A DNA stretch of 64,000 nt from NCBI RefSeq assembly GCF_009914755.1, contig NC_060928.1; one strand, 5' to 3'. Of this stretch, positions 13,591 to 26,935 are shown one piece after another. The stretch's first letter is position 1; every line of letters starts with the position of its first letter. A program made the translations under genes and the position numbers. Origin of the DNA: the human T2T-CHM13v2.0 reference genome, Homo sapiens. The notes under the pieces are model-generated. The model had not been told where the DNA came from and ran no database searches. It saw only the letters and a program-made list of their open reading frames with translations.

Positions 13591-16590
13591 ATGGTTTATC
13601 TTGGTGAATATTCCCTGTCCATATGAAGAAAAAACCATATTTTAATGTTATGAGGTAATTTTACCAATGTCAACAAGGTCAAATTGAAGATAGTATTATT
13701 TTGGTCTTCTATAGTCTACTGATTTTCAAATTTCTTATTTTATATGTTAGAGCGACGTTGAAGTTTCCAGTTATAATTGTGTATTTGTCTATTTCTTCTC
13801 TCAGTTCTATCAAGTTTTGCTTTATGTTTTTCAATCTCTGTTTAGAATATATGTTTGGGAATGTTGTGTCTCTGGGAAAATTGACCACGTTTACATCATG
13901 CAATATCTCCATTTCTATTAATAACCATTGTTCTGAAGTACTTTAATATAAATGCAGCTCTTCCAGCTTCCTTTGGGTAATGTTTGATTGTACATCTTTT
14001 TCCATCCTATTATTTTTACCTTTCCTATGTCATCATGTTTAAACTGTGTTTCTTATAGAAGGAATACTGGTAGTTGCTTTTTCATCCAATTTGTCTCTTT
14101 CTTTTTTTTATTGCTGTATTTAAGTCACTCACATTTAGTCTGGTTATTGCTATGACTAGATAAATGCTGCCATATATGGGAGGTTTTCTATTTGTTCCAT
14201 CTGCTCTTTGTTATTTTCTCTTCATTTTCTGGCTTCTCTAGGGCTAATTGGTCTTTTTAATTATTTCATTTTATCTTCACTATTAATTTATGGTTTTGGC
14301 GATTGCCCTGAGTTTATGTCATTTTAATTACTTATAGTTAAATAATATCATATTGCTTCATGTGTACTGTATGGAATTTTAAACAATATATTTTCAGTTC
14401 CTCCCTTCTTTGATGATACAGTTGTCATATATCTTAGTTTTGTATATACTATAAACACTCAATGCACTGTAAAAATTTAGCTTTAGTCAAATAAAAATAG
14501 TATAAAGAAGAAAAAAATCTAACTTTATTTTATCTTTATTATTTATTTAGTTCTCCCTGCTCTTAATCTCTTGTTGTAAATTTATATTTCTGTCTGGTGT
14601 CATACTGTTTACTCTGAAGAACTGTAGCATTTATTTCAGTGTCATCCTACTGGTGGAGAATTCTCCCAGTTTTTGAATAGCTGCGAAACCTGAGTACAGA
14701 ATGCTGGGTTGATAGGTTTTTGTTTGTTTGTTTGTTTAGTTGGTTGGTTTGTTTTTGTTTTTTGTGTGTTTTTTTTTTGCAGCACTTTAAAGATGTTACT
14801 TCATTGTATTTTTTCTTACATGGCTTCTGGCAAAATGTGTACAATAATTCTTATTTCTTTCCCCTCCATGATATATGTCTTATTTTCTCCTGTTACTTTT
14901 AGGATTTTTGTCTGTTTTGTTTTCACCAGTTAGAATATAATATGCCTAGGATTTTGTGGTATTTATTCTGTTTGATATCCTTTGAACTTCTTAATTTTTA
15001 GGTTTAATGTGTATAATTAAGCCTGAAAAAATTGTGGCCATTATTTCTTCAAATACGCTCTTCTATTCCATTTGCTCACTCTTCTAGTATTTTGAAAATA
15101 TATATTGTACTTCATTTGATATTGTCTCACAGCTCTTAGATGCCCTGGCATTTTTTTCTGTTTTCACAATCTTTTTATTTATTTTTTTATTTTGCTTTTC
15201 AGTATGGATAATTGCTATTGATATCTCTTGAAGGTTATTCTTACTTTCTTCAGTTGTCAAGTATACCAGTGAGCTTGTTTAAGGCATTATTGATCTCTGT
15301 TACTGTGTTTTTTAATTTTTAGCATTTCCATTTTATTCTTTATCATATGTTCCATCTTTGTGTTGAAATGACATGTGTTCTCACATGTTTTTCACCTCCT
15401 CTGTTTGAGCCTTCAATATATTAATCTCTGCCAGATAATTCCAACCTCTCTGTCATATCTAAGTCTGATCTGTTTCTTTGTCAGTTGGAAGTATTTGTTT
15501 TTTGTTTTCTCTTTTTTGCCCTGGGTAATTTCTGTTTAAACCCAGATATTTTATGTAGATCAATGGGGCTGTTGTTTTCCGGTTTGGAGGTGAGCATCCC
15601 TTCTCTCTTCCTTGTTCCTAGGACGGGCTTTGTGTAATCTAGTCAAGAGTTGGGCTGGTTTTAAAACATGTTGTGCAATGGTTATCCATAATGTATCCAA
15701 GCTTCTAATTGCTATGGATAGATACTTTATAATTAGTGTGAACTTTGGTTGTGAGGAAGTTATGCTCAATGACTTCTCTCCATCCATTAACTTTAAAGGC
15801 TTTAGTTCATGCTGTTCCTCAGAGAAAGTCTGTCTCTTCCAAATCTCACAGAAGTATTGTACTGTTATTTCTACTTAATACTTGGTAGCTTGGAGTTGGG
15901 GAACAGGGAGGCATGTTCTCTGCTATTCTGCTTGACCCTGGGCCTAAGTCACTGTATCCCTGGGTCTCTGGGAGTATCCTTCAAAATCATGCTTTTCTTC
16001 CACCAGCTATGGTTCTGGTCCCAGGAGGTGTTTTATATCCATAGGGGTAGAAGGCTCCCTTTTCCCATGTATATTGATTGTTAACAGTGCCTTAAGGGTG
16101 ATCGTTTTTGTTTCCCTTCTACTGACAGATTAAAGCTTTTTTACTCCATAGTTGAGATATTGGATAACAGTTATTGTGCAGAATTTTTCCCCTCACACAG
16201 CATTACCCAAGCTTTCTCAGGAGACAGATTTTCTCAGGATTCACCCTCAATACCCACCTCCTCACCCAGCAAGCTTCTGTTGGGGTTCAAGGAAAATAGG
16301 CCAGCAAGAGGTGCAATCCTTCCCTGTATCTGTGGCCAGTAGAGGGGTTTACTCTTCTGCCAGTCTATTCTTGGTATTGCCAATGCATCAGTTTTTTAAG
16401 CTGAGTTTTTACTCAGGATCCTGTATCCTCTGCCCTTGGAAATATTGTGGTTACTTCTTATACCATTTTAAAGGAGTCTATGTCTTCTTAGATTATGAGT
16501 TATTTGGTTGGTCTGAAATATCAGCTCTCTGATAGTTTCAAGAAAAGTAACAGACTTGCATTTTGCCTGGATGTTTTTCTAAGTGTGATG
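13590..16590 (-). mobile_element. Old L1M (L1MC/MD/ME-class) fragment: 5' UTR, ORF1 and start of the ORF2 endonuclease
   Basis: EN-like peptide KQNLIELREEIDKYTIITGNFNVAL (13709-13912), a T-rich ORF1-like region at 14560-15500, and a more GC-rich 5' UTR-like segment up to ~16590. Confidence 0.75.
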
Positions 16591-17884
16591 TTCTTTCCAA
16601 CCTCCTGAAGTTAAAAAAAAAAAAACTTAAATATAAGCCATTTAGGTTCAGAGATTCTGTCTTTTATATCATAATGTTAAAATTTACAATTATTCAAACA
16701 TTTGAAACGGTTCTATTTTTAAAATAGCACTCTAAAAATGCATATTTACATACTAGGAATATGTATAATCAAGAGAAAAATGTCTTTAAGTGAAATATTA
16801 GTAGTCATAATATTGATTATGATTAGTGCAAAGTTTGGATTTTTAACTCCTTATTCTGACATAAAGTAATATTTTAAAATATATGAATATATGAAATATA
16901 ATGAAATATATTCTGTCAGACTTGTATGAAGTAAAGACTTTTTAAACTTTAAGACGTTTTCTTATATGGCACAATCTCAAGGTTACAAACTTTAGCATAA
17001 TACATTATTACTGGACATGCAATAAAGAAATAGGCTTGACACTGTAGGTATATGTACTAATATAATCAATGGATAACTGGTGTTAATACTCCGCATGAGC
17101 TTCTGAAAGTCCCTGAAGACAGTATGAATCACCTACAATATTTCAAAAATAAAGTTCAAAGAAGAATCTTAGTACCTCAAAGGAAATAAGAGAAAAATTG
17201 TAAACAGTATAAATAAAGTGCTTAGTATTCAAATAGAGCATTCTAAATATCCAAATAACATTTTATTCAAAGAATATTGATTTTCACTTCCACTTCCCAT
17301 TTTACTTAGGGTCTTATGCATAGAGGCAATTATTATTTAGATTGTTTTTTGTCTTTTGAGACCAATGAGAAACATCTTAATGCAGAAATGTACAATTTAC
17401 TTTCTCATAAATTGGTTTGTTTTACAGCCTTATCTTTCACTTTGACTCATTATATAAATAAGTTTAAATATATGTTGTAATATTTCCCCCAGACCTTTTA
17501 ACTTAAATTCATAGGGGTAGTATATATTTTTAAAAGGGTCATAAAAATAAATGCCTGTTAGAAAAATTTAATAATTCATTGATAAAATATTATTAATTTG
17601 TTGATTAAATATTTTTAAACATCTTTTCCTTAGGTTTTAACATAGGCAAGCATATTTTTATATTTTGAGTTCTATAAGACTAAATTTTTAAAAAGATTTT
17701 GTAATATTTTTAACAAATTGAGAAATAACAATGTAAAGTAATAACACAGTAAATGAATTTAAAGTTAGAAATAATATGAAAAGCCCAGGCTTAGATACAG
17801 ATTTTTATGTGTAAGTTAACATATTAACTTGTGTGTGTACTAAAATTATTTAATTTAAAAATATCCAGTTAGGTTAGTCAATTA

Positions 17885-18045
17885 TATTTCTCCCCATTTT
17901 ATAGAGGATAAAATTAAGGCATGCATAATTCAAGACCACCTAACTAATAAATGTTATGATCATGATTTGATTGCAGTCTGTTTATTCCTATTGTCAATAC
18001 TGATTGCAGTCTATTTATTCCTATTGTCAATACCCTTAATGACAA
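17885..18045 (-). mobile_element. MIR fragment containing a 33-bp tandem duplication (17968-18033)
   Basis: ccccattttatagaggataaaattaaggc resembles the MIR core. tgattgcagtct(g/a)tttattcctattgtcaatac occurs twice. Confidence 0.5.
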
Positions 18046-18795
18046 AGCTATAAATCTTGCATGCATTTTTGTGAAGAAACAAGAGAAAAGATCAGTATAA
18101 TGGATATTAATATAAGCAAAACTCTCTCACACCCACACATCTTTATAAATAATTTAAATTCATAATAAAAATCTACAGTTACTGAAGTTAGAGGAAACTT
18201 ATGTTTAATATCTTTATTTACATGAGTCCAACAATATTCCTTTTGAAACTTTCATTTTTATGCATCATAGTGTTAGCCTACTTCATTATTTTAAATCAAT
18301 GAAGAGTAGACATTGAGGTGCGATAAAGATGCATGTTATTGCTTTGTGTCTTTTAAAGCTTGATCGGCAGTACAAATCATTTATCTTCTAGGACTGTTAG
18401 ATCTTGGCAATGTCCAAGTATTTAGTTACTGACACTTCATTGAGGTTGTCTTTAGATAAACAAGTGGGCATATAAATTCCAACACAGAATCATTTAATTT
18501 CTGACTTCACTAAATTTCCTATTAGAGGTAAATATTTAAATTTCCTATTATCACTTCAAACTTATTCATTTAGCAAAATAATAACCATCATCTAAGTGAA
18601 GATTTCTAGGCTTGATGAAGAACATCAATAATGAATAACACATTTATAGTGTGTACCTTCAAGAATGTTAAGTATAATGAAGGCAAAGAAAAATTAATTT
18701 AGCAAATGAAATAGAGTACAATACAATGGTATAAAAATACCACAGGAGCATATATCTGAGGTCTGTAACATATTCTAGAAAAAAAGAATATCCTC

Positions 18796-19172
18796 TGATA
18801 TGGTTTGTCTCTGCGTTTCCTCCCAAATCTCATGTTGAATTATCATCCTCAATGTTGGAGTAGGGGCCTGGTGGGAGGTGATTAGATCATGAGAGAAGAC
18901 ATCCCCCTTGCTGTTCTCTTGATAGTGAGTTCTCATGAGATAGGGTTGTTTAAAGATGTGTAACACTGCCCCCTTCACTCTGTGTCTCCTGCTCTGCCAT
19001 GTGAAGCTGTGCCTGCTTCCCCTTCACCTTCCGCCATGATTGTAGTTTCCTGAGGCCTCCCTAGCCATGCTTCCTGCACAGCTTGTGGAACTGAATCAAT
19101 TAAACCTCTTTTCTTCCTAAATTACCCAGCCTCAGATAGTTCTTTATAGCAATGTGAGAAAAGACTAATACA
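18796..19172 (+). mobile_element. MaLR solo LTR, MSTA-like
   Basis: Termini tgatatggtttg...gactaataca, internal ggggcctggtgggaggtgatt and attaaacctctttt. 5-bp TSD tcctc / tccac. Confidence 0.9.
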
Positions 19173-19222
19173 TCCACTCATTATAGAAAAGACACTGAAT
19201 GTAGCACTAAATGTTAAAAATA

Positions 19223-19705
19223 TGTTACTGAAATGCCAGGGGTTTGTCTAGGTCCTGTTGCTTGACACACAGAAAGCCAATTATTGTGACAATGAGTATT
19301 ACCAGAAAAGGTGGCTTCATTCAGGTTCTGCAGCCAGGGAGAATGGAAAATCAGTCTCAAATGTGTCTCCTCAACTGGGAAAAATTAGTTTATATAGCAG
19401 GGGGGAAATGTAACTGTATGTAGGAAAACAGGAATTAGAAGGAGTAAGGAATAGGAGTTCATAGAAAGGTATCATGATGGATAAGGGACCTGGCATCTCA
19501 TTGTCTGGATGTGGTGGTGGTCTGTTGGGTGACAGTTCCTTGATACCATCTGGGAGGCCTGAGGATTGGTTTCCTGAGTAAGGAGCTCAGATAAGACAAA
19601 TTATAAGTTTCAAGCTTTGAGACTGAAGGGTCAATTTCTTTTTTTACTGCCCGCCCCCAACCAAAAATAAAAAAATCAGTTCTATGGGACAGTTAGGCTG
19701 ATTCA
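19223..19705 (-). repeat. 3' LTR of the provirus (MER66-like)
   Basis: Reads tgttactgaaatgccagggg...gtctaggtcctgttgcttg...gaaagccaat...ggctgattca and is homologous to 25157-25636. Confidence 0.88.
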
Positions 19706-19759
19706 GTATTCTTTCAATATATTAATTTCTCAATCATAGGGAATTTGGTCACCAGTCTT

Positions 19760-20030
19760 TCTGACTGCTGAGGAGGTGCATCACAGGATAATAATAATGA
19801 GGAATGAAAACATTACCCTGTAAATGGTAGTAGTCTGGAGTACCTGATTGGCATCCAGCTTGTTGAAGTACCATGACCTGTGTTCTTTTATTAATGATTT
19901 TACAACAACACTTAAAGCCACATTCGCTAGGATGATTAATAACATAGATGACCCAAATTTTAAAATACCCAAAACACAACGAATCCAAGAGAATAGTCCT
20001 GAAAACCTCATGTTCCCTTTATTATATCTT
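19760..20030 (-). pseudogene. env transmembrane-anchor remnant
   Basis: Minus-frame peptide FSGLFSWIRCVLGILKFGSSMLLIILANVALSVVVK: an LFSW motif followed by a hydrophobic stretch, lying just upstream of the 3' LTR. Confidence 0.55.
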
Positions 20031-20124
20031 ATGTAGAGTTTTGAACGAGGCTTTGAATATTAACTTAAGGCCATCTGAGGATTCAAAAGACCACGACAAT
20101 CTCCCCTGGAGGGATCCCAGAGGT

Positions 20125-20590
20125 ACTGGTTTTAGATGAGTATGGTGAATCCACAGCTTAACACTGGCTAACTTGACAGATGAGTGGGAGGTCAGCAGCA
20201 CCTCAAAAAAGGCTGACCCCTTGTGGTTACAGGTGGTCTTCAGCCTCATGGGATCTCCAGGTCTTCAGGAGAACTTGCATCCTGGGTTTGAAAGAGTGGA
20301 GAGTCATGTCCACACTGAAATAGAGCCTGTTGAAAGCAAACTCAGAGATACTAATATATTTTTAATTGTTTTATAAATAATCTACCTTTTATTTTGGGGG
20401 AGGAAACATCCTCAAGTGTCAGGGAGTCTCAAGCTAAGAAAATAGTCTTCCACCCAACATTTCAAAGAGGCTACGAGCCAACTCATTTTTGGGGGATAGC
20501 CATATTCTCAGCAGGGAAAGGGGCAAGACCCTTTTCCAGGTAAGATTCCTCTCTTGAGAACTAAGCTTCTCTTGGCCACAGGTGGGTCAG
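20125..20590 (-). pseudogene. Gammaretrovirus-like integrase C-terminal remnant (pol)
   Basis: Minus-strand translations LTWKRVLPLSLLRIWLSPKNELARSLFEMLGGRLF, QVLLKTWRSHEAEDHL and VLLTSHSSVKLASVKLWIHHTHLKP match the class I ERV integrase motifs LPxxLLRIRxxP...SPFExxYGRP and GPYxVLLTTxTAVK...WIHxSxxK. Confidence 0.8.
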
Positions 20591-23500
20591 TTTAGTCAGT
20601 GAGGGTCTTAGGGCTGTATTTTGTTTCCTACTGTTGCTGGGTTAGTATGGCTACCTGCCCTAGGTCCAACCTGTCCCATGGCCAAGGAAATTAGAATTAA
20701 AGGATTTTTAGCCAATTAAATGTTCTAAGTCAGATACGAATGAAAGTGGCAAAACCCTTTTAAGCAACATGAAAGCTGAAAACTAAAAGCCCAAAAGTAA
20801 GGTTACAGAATTGCTTCTGACTCCAAGAAGTTTCCTTTGCCATTTAAGAGGCCACAATCTGGCCTGGTCTCTCAAGCTAAGCTGTATCTTCAACGTTGGC
20901 CTAGAATGGTAAGCCCTTTCTAAGGTCTACATAAGGGTACATATAACCACCAGAAAACAACAACAATAACTAGTGTTATTTCTCAAAGTTGGCCCTTACA
21001 ATCTTACACGCCCACCTCTTTCATGATAGTCCCTGGACCTAGAGGGATTGAGTGGTTTTAATTTCTGGCCCTGTGTCTCACAAAAGCAGTTCATTTTGAT
21101 TGTCACCTTCTCCCTGTTCTGAACAAGAGGATCTAACTGTTGTCAATGTTTAAGATATAGCAGAAGTCAGGACCTTTTTCAGACCCAGGAATCAAAGCCC
21201 TGTAACTTAACAGCATAAGGATTAGTTAATAGGACACGTATTAGAGATGTTCGAAGCATCAAAACATTTGATCAAAACAAAATCACACATCATTGTAAAA
21301 TAATAGTTATTCATTTAACCAAAGTGATCCTCGAAAGACTTTAAAAGCAATATAGAAATAAAATTAAAATAAAGGAGGACTCTACTTATTATATGCAGAT
21401 AGACCACTGTGCTGTGAAATAAGTTTCTATTTACAATATAAATGATCAAGTATAGTGTATGCATTTATGCTAAGAACAGAAGCCAATGTTTAATGAAATG
21501 CTTAGAAACATAAAGAAGAACATTTGGAAATTAGTGGTCTGGTATACTAATACTGAGGAAAGTCCTCTCATTTCAGCTAGCATATTACAAATGACAACAC
21601 TATGATTTGCTATCTAGTAGTTACTGCCTGTAGCACTTGAAACCATTGCATTAAAGTAGCTAGGTTACTTCTGGCATATATCTCATAACTAGCATTGTAG
21701 TGACAGAATTGTAACTACAGCCATACAAAATATCATCTTCCTATGTCAAACTTATCAAAGACAATTAACTTCTCTCCATTATGTAAAATTGGTAAATGCA
21801 AATATTAGTTTTGAAAATTCAATTTGAGGATAAATAATCTCCTTTCACTAAAATACTGTACAACAAAGCAGGGACAAAGTAAAACCAGGCATTCAATAAT
21901 TGATTTTCATCCATTTAAAAGAGTATCATCACACATTTTCAAGATTGGTTTCAAGATACAATACTGCCAACTAATTAGATAACTGATAACTTTCGCCACT
22001 AGACTTTTCAAGCCAGTGCAACACTTGTACATATTTTGTTTTCATGTGTACACACATGAAGTCCCAACAAAAATAAAAGCCTTAAATTAAGAAAAAAACA
22101 CCAGAAAGTCTCACTGTTTTTATTACTGCTTAATCCAAGTGAATGTCACTTAATTTTAATAATGGAAAACACAACCTAAGTAGTTTGAGAGAAACCCTAG
22201 TCAACATACTTGTCTTCAGGACAAGGCCAATCTGTCCTGAACATTAAAACTTTGTACCCATATCACAGCTTTTCTTCATTACCTAAAGGAAAAGATCTGA
22301 AACAAACTATATTATCAATTTCATTGAATTACTGTAGAAATAAGCACAACTTAAAAATTTCTACTGCCACCAACTTTTCCAAATAACAAAATCAATAAGG
22401 TACTATCTCTATTCTGAAATTGTAAAAATAAATTTTATTTTTGGTAAGAAAACTTAAAGCTCTTATAGCTCTCTAGATCATCAGATGTAAGCAAAACCAA
22501 TCTAATATTAAAAGGCTTGTTATCTCCATTATTTTTTGGAGGCTGGACAAATGGAGCTTAGAAATTTCAGACAAATCGAGTAAATGATTAATAATTGCAA
22601 ATACATAGGAAACAAAATGACTCTTCATAGAATTAAATACATTCTTCCATTAGAAACTAAAAAAATAATAGTTTTATATGTATTTATAATAAGCAAAACC
22701 TAAAGGAGAACAAGTGGCAAATAAATGAAAATTAAAAGCAAACATAAACAGAAAAACAATGCCCAATTTTTCTCCTACTCAGTTTACCTTGGAGACGACA
22801 GTGTTACCCAGAGTCTAAAAACACACATGATGGATATTTTGTCCCTGCTATACAAATTAGTGCATTTAAGTCCATCAATGCCACTATACATTTTGTGCAA
22901 TTAATTAACTTCAGGCAAGTGACCAGTAAGTACTTTAGTACCATCTTTTCAGAAGAGCAAATGTAGTGTGAAACAGCAATGCAACAATTTATGTCATAAA
23001 ATTTGGCTCTGTGCTACATCTGGCTTTATACTTAACTACATTAAAAAAGCACTGCCAAACTGTCAATGACTTTATAATTTTTTTTATTTTACCTTCAACA
23101 AGACTAAGAGCTTTAACTCTGAGCAATGTTAACTAGCCAGAGTTCTTCAATTTTTTATCAGCTTTTAAGGAATGTTTTATTATCTAAGTGTTTTCAACTT
23201 TTACTTTCTCTGTTCGTGCATGAACAGTGAAACACAGAGAAACAAAAAAAAAAAATCTTGTGTCTTACACAGACCATCTATGACATGCGTGGACTTTCTG
23301 TTTTGTCCTAAATTTTCTTTTCAAACAACCAGTCATTTTACTTTAGGATAAAAATTTACCATACAAGATTCTTTCTCATAGAAATTATTCTCTCATCTTT
23401 ATTGTAATCTTCCTTAACAAATATACATTTCATACCCATAGCTTTCTCCCCATATCTTCCCCCGTACTTTTTGGTTCCTTTCTACATTGTTTCATAAATA

Positions 23501-25133
23501 AACTTTTCAAATTCATAGGTTGAATTGACCTTTTGATAACTTCTGAATTAGACAAAATTCTTCTTCTCAATAAGAACACATCTTCCTTGGTACCTTTCAT
23601 ATACAAAATTATATGTTAGCTAGAATTCTTGTTCTTAGTAACCTTAAATTTTAGTGAAAACCTAAGAAGCAAGAAATCCTGAACTGCCTATCAGATACTA
23701 GCATTTTATAGATAAGAACTTTTCTACAATTTTTAAAAACATGTTTTCATATATAATAAGCTGTTCTTAATTTGAAATGACTCAGATATCCAATGAACAT
23801 TCAAAATGATTTTTTAGATTTTAAATTACATAAAAAATTCACCTACAGCATTTATCCATTTATATTTAATTCATTTTTAGCAGTTAATCTAGATTATTTA
23901 TGAAAACTAGCTGTTAGACAAAGCTAGTCACTATTTCATTGTCAACCATTTTGATACCCTGTGCAAAGTGTTTTCACCTAATTGAGAATTTTAAAGTTAA
24001 ACACAGGAGTATTTTCACCAATAACTCAGAAGGTTCAGCTGTTTTTATTAAACCAACAACAATAAGTTAATCTTATTTATCAGAAAAAAATCATACAAAG
24101 AAAGATCATTTTGGTTTTCACCAAGTTTATATATTTATAACCTCCTGTGCCAAACCCTGACACCTCAAAATATCTAGTAGATACAAATATAAAATCCAGA
24201 CAAAAATGTATGTGATGATTCTGAAGACATGCCTATTTTTATTTTACCAATAATTTTAAAGCCAGCTTGTTTATGAAAGATTTACTTATATTGCATGAAC
24301 TTAAAAAATGCTTATATTTATTAATTTTTGAGCACTCTTTTATTTAAAGCCAATTTGTTAGAAATAGCATATACAATAATAAATGTACTTAAACATAAAC
24401 ACATCCAAACATGTATATACACACACAAATATCTAATAGATTTTACCTGAGAACTCTAGCCATGAGATAGCTATACAGACTTACCAGTTTACAAACATAT
24501 TCATATGGCTAAATTTTATTTTCTCTAATGGGTAATCCAATGAAGGCTGAGATCCAAAATTTTGAGTAAAGCAGTTTCCCTGGCAGCTTGACATTTAAAT
24601 GCTAAACCTCCCCATGCTCCAAAGAACACTGGGGCCAAAGAGCACCATAGAGAAACATCAAATACTAACCAGGCCTGAGCCTGCTTAGAACAGCAGCCTA
24701 AACCCTGGATATAAGTCACTCTATCCTGCTTTTCCAGTTGACAGGACACACACAAGAGTAATCACCAAAACACAATCCAACAGCTATAGTAATCAACAAA
24801 CCCAAGAGTGTCCACACTCAAGCAGCCTGTGTTCTTTCTCTCTAAGTCTGTTGGGCTTGTTAACCTGCCAACAGAAATTCCTTGAGAATTCCCCAATTTG
24901 AGAGGAGCAAATACCTCTGTCTGGTACCCACAAAACACACTCACCCATCCAGATGCAGATGTCAAATTTCAAACGCTGTTCTCTCTAGAAGATCAAGAAT
25001 GTGGTTGGGGTCAGCAGTGGTGGGACTAGAGAGAGAGAGACCGAAACCCAGCTCCAACCAAAGAGGCATTGGGCAGCGCTTAGGAGGGCTTTTGAAACTC
25101 CCAGTCTACAGCAGCTGAGCCATGAGCAACACA

Positions 25134-25151
25134 TTAGTGGTCAGGGAACAA
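25134..25151 (-). promoter_or_regulatory. Retroviral primer-binding site, tRNA-Glu type
   Basis: Minus strand ttgttccctgaccactaa matches TGGTTCCCTGACCGGGAA (complement of the tRNA-Glu 3' end) at 14 of 18 positions, 5 nt from the LTR. Confidence 0.7.
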
Positions 25152-25156
25152 AAATC

Positions 25157-25636
25157 TGTTACCAAAATGCCAAGTGTCCTGTTCAGTCTAGGTCCTGTTG
25201 CTTGCCACATGGAAAGCCAATTACTAGGACAATGAGTATTGCCAGGGAAGGAGGCTTTATTCATGTGCTGAAGCCATGGAGGTAGGCAAACAGTCTCAAA
25301 TCTATTTCCCTGGCCAAGTAAAATTAGGGGTTTATATAGCACACAAAAAAATGTTTCTTCACGTATAGGAAAACAGGAATTAGGAAGAGTAAGGAATAAG
25401 AGTTGTAAACAGGAATCATGATAGATGAGAGGCCTGGCATCTCAACATCTGTATGCAGTGGTGATCTGGTGAGTTTCAGTTTCTTGATACCATCTGGGAA
25501 GACTGAGGTTTTGTTTTCTGAGAAAGGAACTCAGATAAGACAAATGTAATTTTCAAGCTTTAAGACCAAAGGGTCAATTTCTGTGTTTATCCAAAACAGT
25601 AAGCATCAGTTCTATGAGACAAATGGGCTGGTTTTA
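25157..25636 (-). repeat. 5' LTR of the provirus (MER66-like)
   Basis: Reads tgttaccaaaatgcc...gtctaggtcctgttgcttg...gggctggtttta and is adjacent to the PBS. Confidence 0.88.
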
Positions 25637-25739
25637 ATAATATACACAAATTTAGAAAAAATCATAAATACGATACACAAATACACATATTTTGAAGTTA
25701 AAATTAAGAAGTGACTAAATATATAAGGACTCCCTGGTG

Positions 25740-26935
25740 ATTTAGGTAAATTGAACACATCATTTGTCATCTCTAAATTTCCATCATCTCTCTAAAGTTC
25801 CCTTTTGTATCTTAATAATCATGTCCTTCTATACTCTAGGCCCTGATAAACTATAACCTGATCTTTGTCCCTAGAGTTTCACCTTTTCCAAAGAATCATT
25901 TGAATGTAATCCTGTGGTATGTCTCATTTTATCCCTGGAAACTTTACTTAGCATAATACTTGTGGGTTCATCCATAGCTTAGCAGGTATGAGTAGAATGC
26001 TCCCTTTTATTTCTGAGTGTATGGTATGGATGTGCCACATTTGTTTCTCATTCTTCAGATGCAGACATTAGATCATTTCTAATTTGACAGTTATGAATAA
26101 GACGTTTATACACATGTATGGTTTTTGTATGAACATATGTAATCACTTTTTATGGGTAAATACTTAGGAGTGGGATATTTGATTTGGGTCATGTACTGCT
26201 TATTTAATTTTATTTCAAAAACTGAATATTTTTCTCAGTGTCAGAACTATTTAAATTTTATATCAGCAGCATATGAAATTTCCAGATGATCGATATTCTT
26301 TCTGTGCCAGAAACTGGTACTTTTAGTATTTTTGGTTGCTTGTTTATTTTAATTTTAGTCATTCTAATATGTTTGTAGTGGTAGCCCATTCTAAGTTAAA
26401 TTTTAATTTTCCTATTGAGTAATGATGTTAAGAATCTTTCCATGTGGTTATTTGCCATCTTTTAGGGTAAACTGTTCAAACTTTTGCTCATTTTATTCTG
26501 TTGTATATTTTCTAATGATTATGATTAGATAATTTTAATATTCCCCACATACTAGACACTATTTATGTGTTTTACAAACATTTTCTTCCAGTCTGTAGTT
26601 TATCTTTTCTTCATGTTAATAATCTGTCTTTCAAATGGCACATTTTTAATTTCACTGAAGTGCAATGTGTCAATCTTTTTACCTAATGGATTGCGTATCC
26701 TTATCAATGAAATCTCCACATTATCCTACTTTGCAAAGTTTTTCTCCTACACGTTCTTATAGAAATTTTATAATTTCAGGTTGTACATATTGGACTATAA
26801 TTCATTTTAAACTAATTTTTGTATATGGTGAGAGATTTGGATTGAAAGTTATTGTTTTTCATATGAATATTCATTTTCCCCCTACATCATTTGTTGCAGA
26901 ATACCCTTTCAACACTAAATGGTCTCGACAACTAT
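25740..26935 (-). mobile_element. Old L1M (L1MC/MD/ME-class) 3' region fragment
   Basis: Contains cttagcataatacttgtgggttcatccat, gggtaaatacttaggagtggga and aatgatgttaagaatctttccatgtggttatttgccatct, all typical of reverse L1 3' ends. Confidence 0.75.

Larger units (their letters stand above)
19223..25636 (-). mobile_element. ERV1 provirus with two LTRs (MER66-like LTR-internal-LTR), non-autonomous and decayed
   Basis: Direct ~480-bp repeats at 19223-19705 and 25157-25636, a PBS next to the right LTR, pol and env remnants next to the left LTR, and a probable 4-bp TSD (aata). Confidence 0.9.

Noticed and set aside
16152-16532. 126-aa ORF
   Set aside because: Lies in the antisense strand of an old L1 5' UTR, has a non-ATG start and no recognisable domain.
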